A stretch of 64,000 bases of DNA from Camelus ferus (taxonomy: Eukaryota), in assembly GCF_009834535.1 (NCBI RefSeq), contig NC_045696.1, positions 46,564,001 through 46,628,000 of the forward strand. Reading direction: 5' to 3'. The notes below the pieces were generated by a model. The model was not told where the DNA came from. It did no database searches and saw nothing but the letters and a program-made list of their open reading frames with translations. The first letter of the stretch is position 1, and each line of letters opens with the position of its first letter. Made by a program: the position numbers and the translations under genes. Of the stretch, positions 1 to 12,131 are shown one piece after another.

Positions 1-334
1 CAGCGTGTACATCCATAGGTTCTCAGCTTCAGCATAATGATTTCTGTTTTTCTTTTAAGAGTGAGTTACATTTCTTCTAACACATCACTATCAAGCCACT
101 CTGACTTCACAGAACAGTAAGAAACCTCATTGTGGTTTCAGTTGTCAGAGGTAAAATTCAAATATTGGTGATTAATTTTCACTGGTGCGCTTGGGAACCA
201 TAACTAAGGACAGTGTGATCACTGGTCTGGGCCAAGCGGTAGCATGGTCATAATTAGCATTGTTTTTTATAGACTCGTAGCTCTTTCCTGGTATGAATCA
301 GAATGCATTTAGATTCATCATTTACCTCAGAACT

Positions 335-500
335 AATGAACCATTCAATCCAACACAATTATCTGTTGAATGCCTTCATTTTGAAAGATACTGGGATATT
401 CTTGGAGGAGAATACAAGGGTGAAGAGGATACATTTTGTGCCTCCTGAATTACAGTGATTAAAAATAGAGTGGTACCTGAGGGGATAGACAATAGATATC
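335..500 (-). mobile_element. L2 LINE 3' end fragment
   Basis: cattcaatccaacacaattatctgttgaatgcc resembles the reverse complement of the L2 3' terminus. Confidence 0.5.
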
Positions 501-1154
501 AAATACTTATGCCCAGCATTTGATTTAAAACATTAACATTTTAACATCTTTGAATACAGCCATGGGAATCCATCCAGAAGGTGTCCTGCAGATGATTTTA
601 CATTCTCATTTTAAAGAAGGTTATTGTTCAATTTAAAGTAATAATCAAAGAATAAATTGTCATTTACCGAAGTTCTGTTTCAAGGCCTGATTAACAACCA
701 ATCCTCTATTAAGGACAAGTTGGCCAGTTAATAACAGACATTAATTCTTTGCTTCCTGCAATGCAGTTTTATTCACTTGAGTTCACATTGATTTATGTTC
801 TTTTGTGTCCACTCTGTGCTTATCCCTGTGCACATCCATGCACATGTACATAATGCGGTTGGTATGTGCTTTCTAAAGTCCCACTAAAGACTTGATATAT
901 GCGCCCAAAAGTAGATGCAAATAGATATGCTTGTACCCAAAAGTAGAACTGAGCTTAGTTATATCTTTAATAAGAGCTGCTTCTTGAAAGATAATTGATT
1001 TAATATATTTCTGAATCTAATTTTGTTGTATATGGTTCCCCTCTGCCTCCAGCTATAGAATCGTTCATCCCTAGAGTGAAAAATTAGAGCAAAGCAGTTA
1101 GTTTGCCAGGGCCACGATGTGCTATTAATGATACCAATACGGATATTACTGCTA

Positions 1155-1427
1155 CTAATAATAGCTAGCATTTATCCTACATGGCTTAAGGCCCCAAAGG
1201 GATGGTTGTCACAACACATTATTCTTGCTCTGTATTAGACACTATTTAAGTACTCTACGTGTGCAACTCATTGAACCTCACAGTATTCCTAGGGCAAGTA
1301 CTATATTAACATCTATATTTTATAGATTGGGAAACTGAGGCACAGAAAGATTTAGAGAAAATGAGTTCATTGGTGGCAGAGCCAATCTGTAGTCCTAAAC
1401 AATCCAGCTCTAGAACTCCTGCCTTTT
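1155..1427 (-). mobile_element. MIR SINE
   Basis: aatagctagcattta...ctcattgaacctcaca...ttttatagattgggaaactgaggcacaga MIR core. Confidence 0.8.
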
Positions 1428-1644
1428 GAAATTGCCTCTTAATGTAAAATTTGCTTATTTATAAGAGTGATGGCATCTTCTAAGGCTTACTGTATCCATG
1501 GCTGTTCCCAGGCTGTTTATCCCATGTGGAAATATAGACTATTAATTCCTAGAAACTTTTGAAAATTATTTCTAATAATATAATATTTGAACTGATAGAA
1601 AGGGAGATGAAAACTGAATTATTGAAGTCTCTCCTTAAAAAGTC

Positions 1645-2112
1645 ATTGTCCAGTGCGTTTCCCCAGAATCCATTTGCCCTGTATGCTAGCTTATCCCAGG
1701 TGGCTACGGACTACCTTTCCTGGGTTCCCATGTCCCCTGTTTTCCAGCTAGGTTTAGACAGTGGGAGACATTGGTGGAAGGTTAGAGGGTGGGAGAAAGA
1801 GAGAGTCTCGGATGTGCAGGGAAGGGGTGAGGAGGGGTGGGGATAAAACAAAGGCAGCATCTCTTCCATGTGTCCAGCTCCCTCCAGATTGGCCCACCAT
1901 GGTTCCATCTTCCACTGGGGACCTAGTCCCTGGGCTTCCTTCCCCCATTTGTCTCTGCTGTGGGTTCCTGCTGTTGCTGATCCCTGGGTTACCTCACCAC
2001 CTGTTTGGGTGTCTCAGTCCTTCATGACCTGTGCAGTCAACTTATTCCCTGTGTTAAACTCCCTCGGCTAGCTATGCTGTATTTGTTTGCCTAGTTAGAT
2101 CCTGACTGGTGC
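1645..2112 (+). mobile_element. ERVL solo LTR, LTR33-like
   Basis: ctaggtttagacagtgggagacattggtggaaggttagagggtgggag, ctgctgttgctgatccctgggttacctcacc, and end cctgactggtgca resemble the recalled LTR33 family. Confidence 0.65.
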
Positions 2113-2169
2113 ACACGCCATTCTCATTTTCTATTTTGTATGCTTGTAAAATGGCTAAGACAATGCTAT

Positions 2170-2700
2170 TGGCATACTGTATCTGGATTTCAGCAAGACT
2201 TTTGACAGATATGATGTCATTGTAAACAAAACGGGGGAAATTTAGACTGGATTATTAAGCATTCTTAGATTGCTGAAGTTTATTAATGTTCAAATCAACC
2301 TGATGAAAGGGCTCTAGAGGTTTGCCAGAAGCCTCTGTCCTTGGCCATGTCCTACTCAACAAAGATTTGGGTGAGGACAGAAAAAGCAACCTTATCAAAT
2401 GTGTCTATAACAAAGCTGGAAGGTAATTTAATTCAGATTTTGAAAGGATGTACTTTATAAGGAAAAATGGAAAATCTTGCGTCTAGGTACAAAAAGTATG
2501 AAGATACAGAATGAGAGAGACCAAGCTTCCCAGCATGGTATGTGGGTAATGAAATCCAGGATTTGAATTGACTATAGGCCCAGTATAAGCCAGAAAGTCA
2601 TCCTTTTTTTTTTTTTTTTTTCTAAATCAGTGAGGGGAGTTCATCTTTGGTTCCCATTAGAAGATGAGTGTCCCTATCAACTGACAAATAGTCCCACTTT
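2170..2700 (+). mobile_element. CR1/L3 LINE reverse-transcriptase fragment; 3' part continues at about 3060-3400
   Basis: tatctggatttcagcaagacttttgac = YLDFSKTFD (CR1 RT motif YLDFSKAFD); later cttatcaaat...acaaagctggaagg (CR1 LIKFADDTKLGG relic). Confidence 0.75.
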
Positions 2701-5444
2701 TCGTCTAGAGTATTATAGGAAGGCTAGGAATGTAATATAAGAAAAATATTGCTTAATTGAAGCATCAGTATTCTCCAGCCCTTATAAGCTTTGTGTCATT
2801 TACAAGTTGTTTTCAGGCACATTTGTTCGCTTTTGCCCAGCTAAGGATGTACTGTTACCCATTTCTCAGCCTTTATATCCTCATGCGAGTTCAAATGTAA
2901 GCTGCATAGCTCACTGTGTGGCCTTAGGCAAGCAAGAATGGTGCTTGCACGTGAACCCAGCTTATTTCTGTAAACTCCATTCCCACTTCAGGACACCATA
3001 CTGCATGTAGATAAGAGAGACACGACTTTCGAAAAGTCAAAGTTGATACAAAAACAGCTCATTTTACTTGTGATGAGCAGTTAAGGGGACATTATGCCAG
3101 GGGAAGAGACTCACAAGAACATTAAGTCTGTCTTTTAGGATTTGAAAGTCTGTCACATGACAGAAAAAGTGGATTAATTTAAGTGGCTTCAGGAAACAAC
3201 TAAGATACTGATAGGGTTATAGACTTTTTGCTTACTATTTAAAATGTTCAAACAGAACTGCCCTCTAATATGGTCACTGTCTTTGTGTGAAAAGTTGAAT
3301 AAGTCATTCTCAGGAATTTTATAGTAAAATGAATTTCTACATCAGGAAGAATGTTAAATTAGATAACTTCTAGAGTGGCACCTGACTCTGAGAATCTGAT
3401 TTGTGTTTACTTGGGTTTTGGTTAGTGGGATTTGTGATTTGTGGTTATTTGTTTTATTTTTATAGTTTCACTTCCAGCAATATTATTGTTTTTTTCTTAT
3501 AATTTAGAATTAACATGCTCTATTTATGAAAAAAACTTTTAAGAGCCTGAAACAAGGAAGTAAAGCATGACTAGTGCTTGGTGTAATTACCTTCCCAAGA
3601 AATATTATGCTGTTTCCCAGAATATGTCCCCAGAGTGAATGTCTGCACTTGTTCCATTTCATTCCTATGTGTAGAATCCTATTGGGGTGATGAGGAGAAT
3701 CGTTTTGAAATATATTGAAGCCGAGAATAGTTTGCAAAGTATTATTGGGTTTGCTGAGATGAACCTGTGCAAATGCAAACTGTTGGCATACCACTGTAAA
3801 AACCAGTGCCTGTGTGGCCAGAGGTCCCTGAAATGACTTATTAAAGGCCTTCAGAGTGATGGTGGTTGAAAACTAAAATTTACCTTGAGGATGCCTTTCT
3901 ATCCTTCCTTCCAGAAGCTAGTGTAGTCTCTGACCCCATATGGGATAGTTATATTCATGTAGGGCTAGGATAATTGAGAAAAGAAAATAAAAATTCTTTC
4001 AAAGTTGATACAAAACCAGCAAATCTTCCATGAGAGTAAAGAGTAGATGAAATGTCTCAGTGTTTCACAATTAATGTAAGATAACATTTTGCTTTGATCT
4101 TACTTCTGGTTCAGTTTAATAAAGGGAAGTTCTCAGTCTTTATAACTACTTGCTGAGGTCTAAAATTTAACTTACATGACTTTCTGAAAAGACAGCTCTG
4201 TTTTGAATCCATGATATTTCAGCTCTTCCCTGTGAATGATCTGAAGGGCTGGGTGCTTTTGTCGTGTTCCTTTTTTTTTTTTCCAAAACCTTCCCTGTCT
4301 CCCTCCCCCCGCCTCTTGTCCAGTTTCTTCCCAGACTTACTAATTATAACATAATTCTTACGGAAGGATTTGAGATGCATTGAAAGTCCTAAGGCGAAAA
4401 ATGATGTAAACTAGCATATAATGTTTAATTCAATGTATTATCCATTTAAGAAATGAATTTTATTGGTGTTAATGATCTCTGACAACTTGCCATTGGTTGA
4501 AATGATGGTTTTTCTTTTAAAACATACCAGTTTCCTACTCATGTCTTGATTTGGGGCTCAGCAAGCCCTAATAGCCTTTTTCCTGTAAATTGACAATGCA
4601 AAGTAGGTAACATGAGTAATGGCTAAGAATTCCTGTGCTGCCCTTGGCCTAATCGGCCTTGTCACTTGTGATGAATGCCTCAGAGGGACTGTGGAGGGGG
4701 AGAGACTGGCAGGACAACATGGGATGGGCTTTCGTGTCCTCCACTGGGCCTGGCACTTGGGGGACTCACAGGGAGTGTTCATGAAATGAAAACCCAGCAC
4801 TGACAGTGAATTTTACAATAAGCTGTAATTACCTCTTTTAGAAAATAGCTTTAGATCACAGTTTCAAGATTACTTGGTTGCTGGAGAGGAAGATGGCAAG
4901 TTTCTCCTTAAATACCCTGTATGTGAAATTTGGGGAGATTAAAATCTTAACCAAATTGCTTCCAGATGTGTTTTGGTATTCTAAATTCTCCGGATTTTAG
5001 GAAAATGATACAGTATATATATCTTACAGTATGCCATTAATTCCCCCAGTGCATATTCAGATTCATGGAGATTTGATAGCAAAAACATATGAATAGTCAC
5101 ATTAAGGTGAGATAAATGAACGTAACATGTTAAGTGGTTTTATATTAGTTCTGGTCAGAATTTGTAGCCAGGTAAGTTCGGCTCAGATGGAGTTTGCCCT
5201 CAAATGAGTTAAAACAAAAAACCCCTACCACTGATTTTCCAGAGCTTTTGTGATCTTGAAGTTATCTTTCAGCATTTGTGGGCCTGTAACGTTTTGTTCA
5301 TTACCTAAAACCTGTAGTTGTTTAATGAGTCATCTTAGCATTTCTTATTTCAAGTGGCTAGGTAGAAATTGTTGCTGTTTTCCTCATTACTCCAAGAAAA
5401 AAGAAAAGGCAGATATCTGAACAGAGTTTGGGGATGATTTACTA

Positions 5445-5640
5445 AGTACTGCCATAAATACATCATCTCACTTAGACCTCACAGAATCCTCTGAGACAAC
5501 TATCCTTACCGTTTTTATTTTACAAAGGTAGCAGATTAGAGAGGACTGAAATGACTCATTCTAGGCACATAGTTAGCAAGTAACAAAATGAAGACTCACA
5601 CTCAGGTCTTTCAACTCTAGATCCTATCCTTCTTTTACCA
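5445..5640 (-). mobile_element. MIR SINE
   Basis: atctcacttagacctcacagaatcctctgag...cacatagttagcaagt...gactcacactcaggtctt. Confidence 0.7.
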
Positions 5641-5909
5641 AAGTTTGTTTTCATAGGAAAAGCTTCATTAGAAGCTAGAAAATGGGAATTTGATTATGCA
5701 TGCTCCTCTGGAGTTAAATGAGTATGTCAAAACCTTTTATTGATTTGAATCATTTAAGTTAGTTCGGCAGAAGTGGATTTGTTATTGTGAAGTTTGAAGT
5801 TTGTTTTGATTATTTTTTTAAAAGGATGTAATTAAAAAATTTAAGCTAATTTCAGATATTGAATAATGACTTTTTTTATTATTCTCTCATGTTTGTCTTA
5901 ACTGTATAG

Positions 5910-6918
5910 ATGTGCCTGGCATCAGAGGGGGTGAAAATAGAAGAATCAAAGCTAATAAAAGCTAAAGAATCAGATGGTGGAAGAATGAAAGAATTGGAGA
6001 AGGGGAAGGAAGAAAGAGAAATAAAAATGGAAAAAACAGAAGAAGCCAGGCTACAGAAAGAAGCAGAATTTGAAAAATCAGCTAAGGAGAATGTAAGAGA
6101 GTCTAAGGAATTAGGAAATTTTGAGGAGCTGCAAATGGGTGATATAATGGGTGTAAAAATGGAAGATCCCAAAGAAATTAAAAAGGAGGAATTAGAGGAA
6201 GATCAAAAATGTAGTCACTTCCCTGATTTTTCTTACTCTGCTAGTAGCAAGATAATAATAAGTGATGTTCCCAGTAGAAAGGATCACATGTGCCATCCTC
6301 ATGGAATTATGATCATTGAGGATCCCACAGCATTAAACAAACCAGAAAAGCTGAAAAAGAAAAAGAAGAAAAGCAAAATAGATCGACACGGAAGTGATAA
6401 ATCCACACCCAAGAAGACTTGCAAAAAGAGGCAGTCCTCAGAGTCTGACATCGAGAGTGTCATATACACCATTGAAGCTGTTGCAAAGGGAGACTGGGGC
6501 ATCGAGAAACTTGGAGAAACCCCTCGCAAGAAGGTCCGCACATCCTCGAGTGGCAAGGGAAGCATTCTGGATGCCAAGCCACCAAAGAAAAAAGTGAAAT
6601 CAAGAGAGAAGAAAATGTCCAAGGAGAAATCCTCAGACACTACCAAAGAGTCAAGACCTCCAGATTTCATCAGTATTTCTGCCAGCAAGAACATTCCTGG
6701 TGAGGTGCCAGAGGGTATAAAAGCAGAACCATTGACCCCTACGGAAGATGCATTACCACCCAGTCTATCTGGACAGGCCAAGCCTGAGGACAGTGACTGT
6801 CACAGGAAAATAGAGACTTGTGGCTCCCGGAAATCCGAGAGGTCTTGCAAAGGTGCTCTTTATAAAACCCTGGTGTCTGAGGGCATGCTCACCTCTCTGC
6901 GAGCTAATGTTGACAGAG
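5910..6918 (+). CDS. BBX: BBX large internal coding exon (1009 nt, phase 0 to 1); Lys/Glu-rich disordered region with basic NLS-like clusters
   Basis: Acceptor gtttgtcttaactgtatag|ATG, donor AGAG|gtaggt. Peptide MCLASEG...KLKKKKKKSK...SESDIESVIYTIEAVAKGDWG...LTSLRANVDR matches recalled human BBX. The ATG is an internal Met, not the start. Confidence 0.97.
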
Positions 6919-7919
6919 GTAGGTGACTTCTCCAAATCTGAAACCTGGCAGAATTGCTCCTTTAGACCTATTGAAAAGAACCACCTTAAAGAAAGAACAA
7001 TAGAGTATCAAAATAATATTTTACATTTGTACAGTTCTTTATGGTTTTAGGTCACATACATTTGTCGTTTTACCTGTATGTTTTCTGGAACCATTGAGAA
7101 GCGTTTGCATTTATTTTGTACATAGTTCTCAGGATGTGAGTGTTCAGAGTTATTCAAACCTTTTTTTTACTGGTATGGACTGGCTTTTTATTTTGAAGGC
7201 TCAGTTTTGTGTGCTTGGAGCTCTGGTTTTTAAAACTGCTGGAAATAATTTTCTGAATCAAGCAGATATGTTTGGCAGAATCTTGACCTGTAGGCTCTAG
7301 AAGCAAAAAACTTACCTAGCCTCCCCCACTAGGAAATCAAAACTATAATTGAAGAGAAGTTCTCTTTAAAACATAATAATATCCAGAAACCAGTTAACGT
7401 ATATACTTTTATTCCATAGAGTGTTTCATAAACACTCATCTATTTTAAAATACAGTATCTGGCTACAGGACTTACCTCTTGCCATGTGAAATTTCAACTA
7501 TAGAGATGTGTGAAAATTTGTCTGAGTTGTCCTGAATGAATATCCTTGAGAATACATAGTTCTCCAGGGATGTCATTCCCTATGTCTTGGGGAAATTAGA
7601 ATTCATAGTGCCCATCAGCAAAAGGCTCTCACACTTCAGGCTGATTCTCTAATGGAAAAGCTAGCAGTAGTTAGTCTGTTTCATGAGCCATGTGGTACCT
7701 GTTGAGTTGTGATGAGACAATGAATCACAGAGGCCGTAAGCTCCTTTTCTGCATGTTCTGTTATGGAGGGTGGTCCAGATCACTCTGACCACTCTGAAAT
7801 AGTTAATAGCATCATGCAAATGCTAGCTAAGGAGTGAGGAGGTTGCTTGTGAAGCAGCTGAGATGATTTGCTCTCCGTCCCCATATACTAAGCACACTCT
7901 TCCTGTCGAATTTCCTTAG

Positions 7920-8058
7920 GGAAACGAAGCTCAGGAAAAGGAAACTCCTCCGATCACGAGGGGTGTTGGAGTGAAGAAAGCTGGACATTTAACCAGAGTG
8001 GGACCAGTGGGAGCAAGAAGTTCAAGAAGACAAAGACAAAGGAAGATTCTCTCCTCGG
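7920..8058 (+). CDS. BBX: BBX coding exon (139 nt, phase 1 to 2)
   Basis: tttccttag|GGAAACGA...CTCGG|gtaagt; encodes (G)KRSSGKGNSSDHEGCWSEESWTFNQSGTSGSKKFKKTKTKEDSLL(G) in frame. Confidence 0.96.
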
Positions 8059-11000
8059 GTAAGTGCCTGTGAGCACAGTCAGCCACACTACACAGACGCC
8101 AAGTGTGGTGAGATTTCCAGGGTAAACAAATCACTAACTGCTTGTTCTTTGCGTATCCGTTCAGCACTTACTGCAGGTCTTAGTGAACAGGTGAAGGAAT
8201 ACAAATCAGGTGTATCACGTGATTCCTGCTGTTAACATGGTTATGTGAGTGATAGTGTCACTCACATTTTAAGTACAGTGGAGAATATGTAGATTTTAGA
8301 CTTAGGCCTGAGTTTGAATGGAGGTCCACCCCATTAGTGGTGTGACATTGTAAATCCTTTGGTATCACCAGATGCATTTCCCTTCTGAAGTTTACGACGG
8401 ATACTGTGTAAGTATGTTTACGTTTTGCTAATTTTACATACTGTATGTACTTCATTTAATATTTCTAAAGGTTATGTACATGTTTATAAAACAATGAAAC
8501 TATAAATAAAATTATGTTTCTACCTCTAACCTTGTTTTGTTTAAACCACGTTCTGTTGCTCTAAGATAAAATTTTAGATTACATATTCTCTTCATACAGA
8601 CTATTCAGTAACTAATTATGTAATAAAATGCAGTATCAAGAAATAGCATATGTCAAGACAATATCATTAAGAATTATTTCATTTTTTATGATATAAAACA
8701 GACTCCTAATACCAGTCTTCACACAAAGCACTTTGTTATTTAGGAGATCCAGTACTTTATATTGCTGAGGAAAGCATCTGTGTATTCAGTTGTCCTGTTT
8801 TGAAGATCCTTTGCAGTTTCTCATTAGCTCAATTTGAAAAGAATACATTGGGGAATAGAAATAAGTACATTTTCATATATTCCACATTTTTTCATAAGTG
8901 TGTTTAAAGGTATGCAAATTTTATGCATTGGGAGTATCGTATTTGGTTATTCATAAATATTTGCATTTCTGTATATGGGATAATATTTTTTTTTCAACTG
9001 GACATTACAGTCCTTTAAAGTCTGGTTTATCCTAAGGCTCTACATCATCACATAGTGCGAGGGTGGAAATTATTTCTCATGATGATGACGATATATTTAT
9101 AATTTTAAATATTTCCATTCTAATATTTTTGAAGTCCGAAGTATTCAGATTAGTTTTGCTTACATCATGCTTAAACAGTGGCATGACAGCCTTTACATTT
9201 GTCATGGTCAAATACTTTTAAATGCAGAATTTCCTTAAAAAGTGACCACTGAGCATCAGACCAAGTGTCTGTATCTTCTGAAACTCCTTGCCCTGTGGGT
9301 CTGCATGCTGAGAGAGGGGCAGGTCTTGCTGCAGACAGTATGAAGGCCCAGGGAAATAAAGCAGGCATGAGGGTTCCCCAGCAGAAAGTTCTCTGATGCT
9401 TCCATTAGAAACTAAACTAGTGGGAGAGGTGCTTTCACCAATTTTCTCTGAGGGACAAGAAAAGTGAAAGAATCTTTTGAAAGTCTGTTCCTGAAAAGAG
9501 ACTGGGGTGTGGGGTGTCTTTGTTTATTTATTTTAATCATTTCTAAGGAAGCCACATGTACTTAAGTGGGGATGTGGTTTTCTACAGGCTGAATCAGTGG
9601 TCAAACTCTGGTCTCTCCTCCTCTCCTTTCTTTAAATATTGGCCTGTCAGAATCAGACTGTCTGAGTTTGCTTTGTTTAGAACATGCTAACATAGTGATT
9701 TAGCAGTGAAAAATGCCAGGTCCTGTCGGTCTTCTCTGAGATTTCTAAATGAGCATTTTAAACCTTTTTATCACAGAAAATGTGCTACCTGTTTAGTTAA
9801 CTGTAGCCAATAAAAAATTCACTCTGTTGGCAGTTCTACTTTTTGGCAGCCTTCTCCAAGAAAAACATAGGTGATTACTCTAGTTGAAAAAAGGGAAAAG
9901 AAGGTCCCAAGAGATCTTACGAGTTACACCTTGCATTTGCATATTTTTCTTCCAGTTATTTAGTGTCTGAAAAATTCATGACTTAGCTTTCTGATAGTAT
10001 CTGATTTTCCATTAGTATAAACATGTTTTAACTGAAATGAGGACAGACAATTTTGAGGGAGAAACATCCCCCCTGCCTACCACCATTCACTGCTGTGATA
10101 TATCTGAGTAGTAGCCTTTTTCTGTTGGCCATTTTGGTGGTCACCTTGACTGTCTTATCACTTCTTCCAGTTCTTGTACATTCCTCCAGAACTGAGAACA
10201 ATCTTAGGTGGACACATATCACGTACATCCCCCAGGCAGCAGCCTAACACACTGGCTTTTTGTAAGTCTGTACTCCAAGCTGCTCTCTTCCCAGTACGCC
10301 TTCCCTTTTCCATCTACCGAGCACAGCATTTTTCTCCCGCAGCCTCTCCCATCTGTTTGGGTTGCATCTTAGTTAATAAGTCTCACTATAAAGGAAAGCC
10401 AGCAGCCAGCCTAGGCTCCAGCAGGCATGCTGGCATTGCCGTATAGGGGCCTTAGAGACAGTCAAAAGCAGGCTAAGGATTTCCCAACTTCACGGGTGAC
10501 ATTTTCTGAAGTCATTTGTGGTTTGCGTTAAAACGATGTTGCCTCTCTGCCAATGTGTTCATTGAAAACTGGCTTTACTTTTCTCATTGAGTGTTTTGTC
10601 CTCATCCTGGTCAACTGTGCAGAATTTTTTTTTCTGATATTCAGAATATTTGTTTGCATTTTCTTTGTATAGGTATGTTTTAATTAAGTACTAACTAGTC
10701 AATAGATTTTTTTAATTAAGCTTACAAAATTACCAATATGCCATATTATCAGTAAGCTTGCCAGTGTTTATATGTGTATATGAGAATCTTTAGAATGAGA
10801 AACTTATCTGAATGGAACATGCTTTGTGTTGAATTTAATAAAAAATTCTCATGCTAAGGGAGAGAACAGCAAATTCTCACCTTCAAAAATATTCTATTAT
10901 TTTATCTAATGTTCCTGCTTTTCTAAGGTAATAACATAATCTTTCATGTGAGTTTACTAAGAAAACCGTGCTGGTAAATCTTTTCAAGCATTTCTAAAAA

Positions 11001-11158
11001 GATGTTTTTTGTCCTTGAAAAGAATTTATTAACAATGCCCTAATTCTTAGGGACCCCATTTTCAAATGAAATATTTTAAAATATACCTTGTATCATTTTC
11101 TGTTTTAATATTTACATCATATGCTGATTGATTCTATCCCCTCCCCTTTTTTTATTAG

Positions 11159-11307
11159 CTCAGCAAAGCTGGATGAAGAATTTGAAAAGAAATTCAACAG
11201 CCTCCCTCAATACAGTCCTGTTACATTTGACCGGAAATGTGTACCTGTCCCAAGAAAAAAGAAGAAGACTGGAAATATGTCCTCAGAACCGACTAAAACC
11301 AGCAAAG
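11159..11307 (+). CDS. BBX: BBX coding exon (149 nt, phase 2 to 1)
   Basis: ctttttttattag|CTCAGCA...AGCAAAG|gttaga; SAKLDEEFEKKFNSLPQYSPVTFDRKCVPVPRKKKKTGNMSSEPTKTSK. Confidence 0.96.
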
Positions 11308-11874
11308 GTTAGATGTGTGCTGTGCCTTCATGCAGCGCGGTCAGAATCTAACCTATTCTAAGCCTCTGCAGCTCCCTTTAGATACGCAGTCGGGTTTAGA
11401 ATTGAAGCAGCAGTGAGTTGGAATTTCAGGTTGCTTTCCAAGATTATCTTGGTTCTTGCTCACTTCTTTCTCCCTTCTTTCCTTCCTAGTTCTCCTCAGT
11501 CTCCATCCTTTGGCATCTCAACCTGGGTACATTTGCCTTTAAACGTGTAGCTCTCTTGAAAGTGTTACATATGGCCTTCGACCTTCTGCTCTCAGAATTC
11601 AAACTGGGTACCTTGAGCTTTTCTTGAGCAGAAACTGCTGGCTGAGTCCAATTCTTCTGTTGCCTGTGTGTCTGCAACAGGTTGGACTCTGGGGCAGTGA
11701 AATTCTAACATTGACCTAGTAAGCAGACTCTATTCTTTACTGGCATTATGAACCAAATGAAAATAAGACTCCCCACAATACTCTGGCAATATATTTTTAT
11801 TGGTTTTGTTAAATTTAGAAAAATACTGTGTTTAGCATATTCATTTCCAGGAATGTCAGATTCTCCTCTGTGTA

Positions 11875-12131
11875 TATCAGGGAAGCTTTTTAAATTATCA
11901 ACATAACTTGGGTGGATCTCAGCACTCATTGGGGCAACACTGTAGTTCATGAGGCGGTTTAAAGAGTGTAGGGACATTTTCAGTGGTCTCAACATCTGGG
12001 ACCACTGTTACATTTGTGGGACAGGGGCAGAAGCTGGGGTTCTAAATATCCTCACCTATGCGGGACATTCAAACACAATAAAAGATTGTGCTACCCAAAA
12101 CAACAGTATTGCTCCCATTGAGAAACTTGTC
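11875..12131 (+). mobile_element. hAT-Charlie MER20-like DNA element (start uncertain)
   Basis: ctaaatatcctcac...aaagattgtgctacccaaaacaacagtattgctcccattgagaaacttg resembles the MER20-family end. Confidence 0.55.

Noticed and set aside
5879..6781. Antisense ORFs of 97 and 160 aa
   Set aside because: Shadows of the purine-rich BBX exon; no independent signal.
5910..6926. Stand-alone 338-aa intronless gene
   Set aside because: The ATG directly follows a splice acceptor and a donor lies 8 nt before the ORF end; the frame continues in the next exon.
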